In this document: positions 60,263 through 64,000 of the stretch, piece by piece
Layout of the letters: each line of letters starts with the position of its first letter
How positions within the stretch are numbered: the first letter of the stretch is position 1
Source of the DNA: a virus
Strand: one strand, 5' to 3'
Virus record (IMG/VR): IMGVR_UViG_3300029922_000017
Coordinates: 32,001 to 96,000 of that record
Length of the DNA stretch: 64,000 bases
Notes under the pieces: model-generated
The model's database searches: none
Told to the model about the DNA's origin: nothing
Seen by the model: the letters and a program-made list of their open reading frames with translations, nothing else
Translations under genes and position numbers: made by a program

Positions 60263-61360
60263 TCACTTTTTTGTAACCTGATAAAGTAATTTCATCAACT
60301 GATTTCTATCTAAAGACTTTCCATCAAGCAAGGTAAACACCATACCGGAACGATTGTTATTTTCCCCACCATAGCTAGATATGATACGCTGTGCCTGTTC
60401 ACGGCGAGTTGGTAAGGTTTTAATAGAATCAATAAAATTATTCATTCCATTGACAATTTTTAATACGTCTTTATACCCATCTATAATCGTTGATATAAAT
60501 CCCCGGACCATGGTAAAGCACTCGTAATCAAATTTTTGAACCAATTGAGTCTCAAACTCTTGATATGATGGCATACCGAATTCAAAAAATAATTCAACGG
60601 TATTTTCAAAGGTGGCTTCCGACTTAAAACGATGAAGTTTTAAATATTGAAATGCTTTGGATTTATGTATAAATTGGTCTTTACTAGAATAAATACAAAC
60701 TCCCTCCCGGTTCTCCCACTTCTCAACATTAAAAACTAGGTCAGTAATGTCATTAAAAGTATAGGTTTCGGGACGTAACAATCCTAAATTTTTAGCAATT
60801 AAATCTAAATCAGATTGCGTCCAATAGGAGTAATCGGAATGATTGACAATACCAATTAAAGTAAATTTTGGGATGTCGCCATACGATAACACAATCCTAT
60901 TGAGTGGGGAGGTCCACTCAAAGATATAAGACCTATCCCAAGTAGGAGTAGTATTCATATCTATTTTAGGAAGTATTTCCGATTTAAATATCTCTATTTC
61001 ATGCCCATTTAATTCCATGTTAGTAGCATCTACTGAACCACGGGTGCGAATTATATAATTATCTTTATAAGAAGTTACAGACAATAATGACCCGTCAAGT
61101 TTTTCAACCACTGTGCAACCTTTCAACGAAGACGGCGGCGGAAATATATCGGGCTTTTCTCCCAGATTTGTAAATTTTTTAAATCCGGCAGAAATTAATT
61201 CCCCATTATGATTCCATAAAGAAGACCGATAAATTACATTATCTTTGGTCCAAACAGCACCAATCTGTTTCGGATTTACAAGATAACACAATTCGCCGTT
61301 AATTATGTGTTCGTTGCAATAAAATTGTTCTCGGTCTATTTGAGAGATGTCGATTTTCAT
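60263..61360 (-). CDS. RNA ligase, T4 Rnl1-like
   Basis: Nucleotidyltransferase motifs: KKFTNLGE, EKLDGSL (I), YIFE (III), REGVCI (IV), HKSK..QY (V). Confidence 0.9.
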   Translation of the reverse strand: MKIDISQIDREQFYCNEHIINGELCYLVNPKQIGAVWTKDNVIYRSSLWNHNGELISAGFKKFTNLGEKPDIFPPPSSLKGCTVVEKLDGSLLSVTSYKDNYIIRTRGSVDATNMELNGHEIEIFKSEILPKIDMNTTPTWDRSYIFEWTSPLNRIVLSYGDIPKFTLIGIVNHSDYSYWTQSDLDLIAKNLGLLRPETYTFNDITDLVFNVEKWENREGVCIYSSKDQFIHKSKAFQYLKLHRFKSEATFENTVELFFEFGMPSYQEFETQLVQKFDYECFTMVRGFISTIIDGYKDVLKIVNGMNNFIDSIKTLPTRREQAQRIISSYGGENNNRSGMVFTLLDGKSLDRNQLMKLLYQVTKK

Positions 61361-61406
61361 TTGATAGAGTGTATCAAATTATAGATGAAAGTCAAGATGT
61401 TATTTG

Positions 61407-63544
61407 TTAACGAGTATTAGTCCAACGTGAAACCCGTTTAAGTCTGCCAGTTTTTGGGTCAAGTTCTCGTCTAATATCTTTGAAATAATTCAAATAATGA
61501 ATTGGATTTTTATGACTGCTCCACGTTTTAATGAATTTCATAGCATCTGTTTGGCGTTCAAAAAAGAGTGAAAAAGAAACGCCGGACTTGCAATTATATT
61601 CATCCGTTCCAACTGCCCATCCCTGTTTATGCCCATCCCGCTCATGTATTCTATCTTTAATGTTATCGGTAAGCCATTGCATCACTTCCGGTTTTAGCCG
61701 TTGAGTATCATATTCTCTAAGACGCAATGCAGTTTCTCCATCTAACTCAACTTCATCAATTAGATTAAGCCAATCAGGTTCGTGGTCGTCATAATAACTT
61801 TTACCTATAGGAACCATATCAATAGATACAATCACCCGACAATTATATTGACCACCCCAATTAGAATCTGAACACCAACAATGATTAATTAAAACATTCA
61901 TAAATTAAGAAAATTGGGATAGAAATTCATTTACGGAACTTTTATCTAAATCAAAGAATTTATCTTCATCTTCAACCCAAAAATAATTTCCATCACATTT
62001 AATCCCAATAGGAGTCCTATGATGATTTCTAAGTCCTAAACGTTTATTCTCCTTTACAATTTCAACATATCCAGAAACGTCTATAAACTTTCCTTTAACT
62101 GTTTTAATTTTAGTAATCATATTTCAACTATATCTAAATTTTATTATTTGTCAAGCGGGTAATGTGGAAATATAAGTCCAAACGTCTCTATCCGTATTAT
62201 ACCAGCACAAATCTCTCCATTTCGAGGTATATTTAGCAGTATTATAAGGTCTCCGAACACTTAATTTAGCATCTTGAGGGAATTTTCGACTTGGAATATA
62301 CGTCCATTCTTCATCATTAAATATAAGTTTATTCATATTTTATGTCTGAACTAGATTTGTTAGGTTGTAATAATGACAATACGGACAAAATAATGCAATT
62401 TTATTGCCTCTATTGGTTATCGTAACATATTGACGAGTATTAAATAATCCCTCACAATTCCCACAGATTGCCGTTAATTTTGGATTTCCCCATGAACATA
62501 TACTCCAACCCGATACGCTAATCGCATTTGTATATTTCTCAATTTTCATATGCTAATTCAATTTCTTAGTTAGCCAACCTTGTTTAGTATTTCTATAGAT
62601 AAAATGACCAAATCTAAGTCTCCATTGACGAATTGGGATAAAATTGTTGATATGTTTATTAATTCGGAATAATAGCGGCTTACGCTGAAAATCTTTAATT
62701 TTACTTTCAATATTCCGGCATTTAAAACAGATTAATGTATTGTCATCATCCAAGACTGCCCAATGTGATAATCGTTTAGGATTGCAATTGTTCTGAACAA
62801 CTAGTTTACATTCACACCGAGAACAATGTTTATTAATCTGGAATAGTTGTTTCTTTAAATCAAATTTGATACTCATGTTGTAAAGAAGTATATTGATTAT
62901 CAATCAGGAGTCAACTAGTTTCTCGAATTTCTTTCATGCTGCCCAAAATTTTATTGGCAAATGCTTCCAATTCATCGGCATCTCTAAATTTAATAATGGT
63001 GTTATCACCTATAAATACCAAGAGGCATTCTTCATAAACATCCCCATCAGAATCATGTAAATTTTTAGAAAATGAATATTCCATACTATTCTTTTTTTAT
63101 TTCTTATATTCCAGAGTATATCGATACTTCTTCGTTCAATTTTCGCCTATCTTCTTTCATTTCATCTAATAATCTAAATCTATAGGCGGCAAATCCACAT
63201 TCAAGACCGGTATCAGCCCTTTTACAACTATATCCAACTAATTCTAGAGTTTGGCAGATGCCTTGTAAGGTTGGTCCAGATGTATTGAAGCCCTTAATTA
63301 CATATACTTTTCCGACCACTGGCCAATGTGGATATACATCATAAAAGTCTCTAGAACCCATCTTTTCAGTTCTTGATGGCTCAATGCAAACAACTTTATC
63401 TCCACTAAAATCATTTCCAATTGAAAATATATGACAATATCCTAATCCATCATAATACGAATTGCACCGATAACAATAATAAACATTTCGATTGGTTAGC
63501 ACAAATATAAACAAAAGTATCAATGAAACGGTTATTATAATCAT
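61407..63544 (-). other. Run of small hypothetical ORFs
   Basis: Co-oriented ORFs, several with CxxC pairs. Confidence 0.6.
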
Positions 63545-63547
63545 AAG

Positions 63548-64000
63548 TTAATTACCATACCAGTGAACATCATCCACTGATGGATTATTAATAGTTACTG
63601 GCTTAGTTGGGTCATAATTACAGATATAAACATCAATTCCACTATTTTCAAATACTACTTCAATCATTTTTTCAATGATTGAATAGTTTGCTCCACCCAA
63701 GGCAGAGCCTATAAACTTTGGTAAAGCGCACGATTTTAATCCAAGTGTTACCATATTGTTTTTGATTGCCTCCAATCCAATATAGAAGGCTTCATAGTTC
63801 GTCTGTCTTTCAAAGACACCAACGTTAAATTGCCCATAGAGATTGTATATATAACGACCATCTTTTTTGGACTGTGCAACACTATATGTTCCTAATTTTT
63901 TAGGGTCTGATTTAGCTGTTTTTAAATCTGCGTCATATGCTTCGGGGTAATTTCGTCTCATAATACCCGCAAGTCCTCCCCAACAACCAGTTAAGCAATT
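63548..64000 (-). CDS. Macrodomain protein (Poa1p/Tk.4-like), 5'-partial
   Basis: NC....GGLAGIMRRNYPEA; IYNLYGQ; LPKFIGSALGGANY. Confidence 0.88.
   Translation of the reverse strand, partial: NCLTGCWGGLAGIMRRNYPEAYDADLKTAKSDPKKLGTYSVAQSKKDGRYIYNLYGQFNVGVFERQTNYEAFYIGLEAIKNNMVTLGLKSCALPKFIGSALGGANYSIIEKMIEVVFENSGIDVYICNYDPTKPVTINNPSVDDVHWYGN

Noticed and set aside
1-64000. Alternative genetic code (TGA or TAG reassigned)
   Set aside because: Long conserved genes are intact in code 11; TGA ends genes in ATGA overlaps and TAG ends tnpB. The TGA at 30830 and a TAG at ~6860 are isolated cases.
1-64000. CRISPR array, retron or DGR
   Set aside because: No regularly spaced direct repeats and no reverse transcriptase or cas genes; the repeats seen are promoters or dispersed motifs.

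Overview
AT-rich segment of a large (jumbo-type) bacteriophage genome read in standard code 11; no core replication or capsid genes lie in the window. 1-6.8 kb: a minus-strand tRNA array. It mixes canonical tRNAs, tRNAs with unusual long variable arms, tRNA-like RNAs with non-canonical anticodon loops, unnamed structured RNAs and free-standing homing endonucleases. The array is preceded by a 46-codon leader ORF using all 20 amino acids that overlaps an antiterminator/terminator pair, the best candidate for a novel system (a pan-tRNA-sensing attenuator). 7-26.6 kb: accessory genes, including HAD and NDT-like proteins, ADP-ribosylglycohydrolase, a PPC-decarboxylase/M23 fusion, a duplicated cassette with capsid-N-terminus-like proteins, an ART-like protein, TnpB elements, an 886-aa probable virion protein, tmRNA and a bacterial-type histone. 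26.7-57.5 kb: early/host-takeover region of small genes, each with its own sigma70 promoter and apparently leaderless mRNA. It has a strongly strand-polarised CGGTGAA motif, further tRNA/ncRNA clusters (one tRNA-Met with a group I intron), DUF932, Gp88-like, RNase HI and a deaminase. 57.5-64 kb: fibre-like protein, Rnl1-type RNA ligase and a macrodomain protein. All RNA folds, motif counts and family calls were made by eye and are unverified by software.
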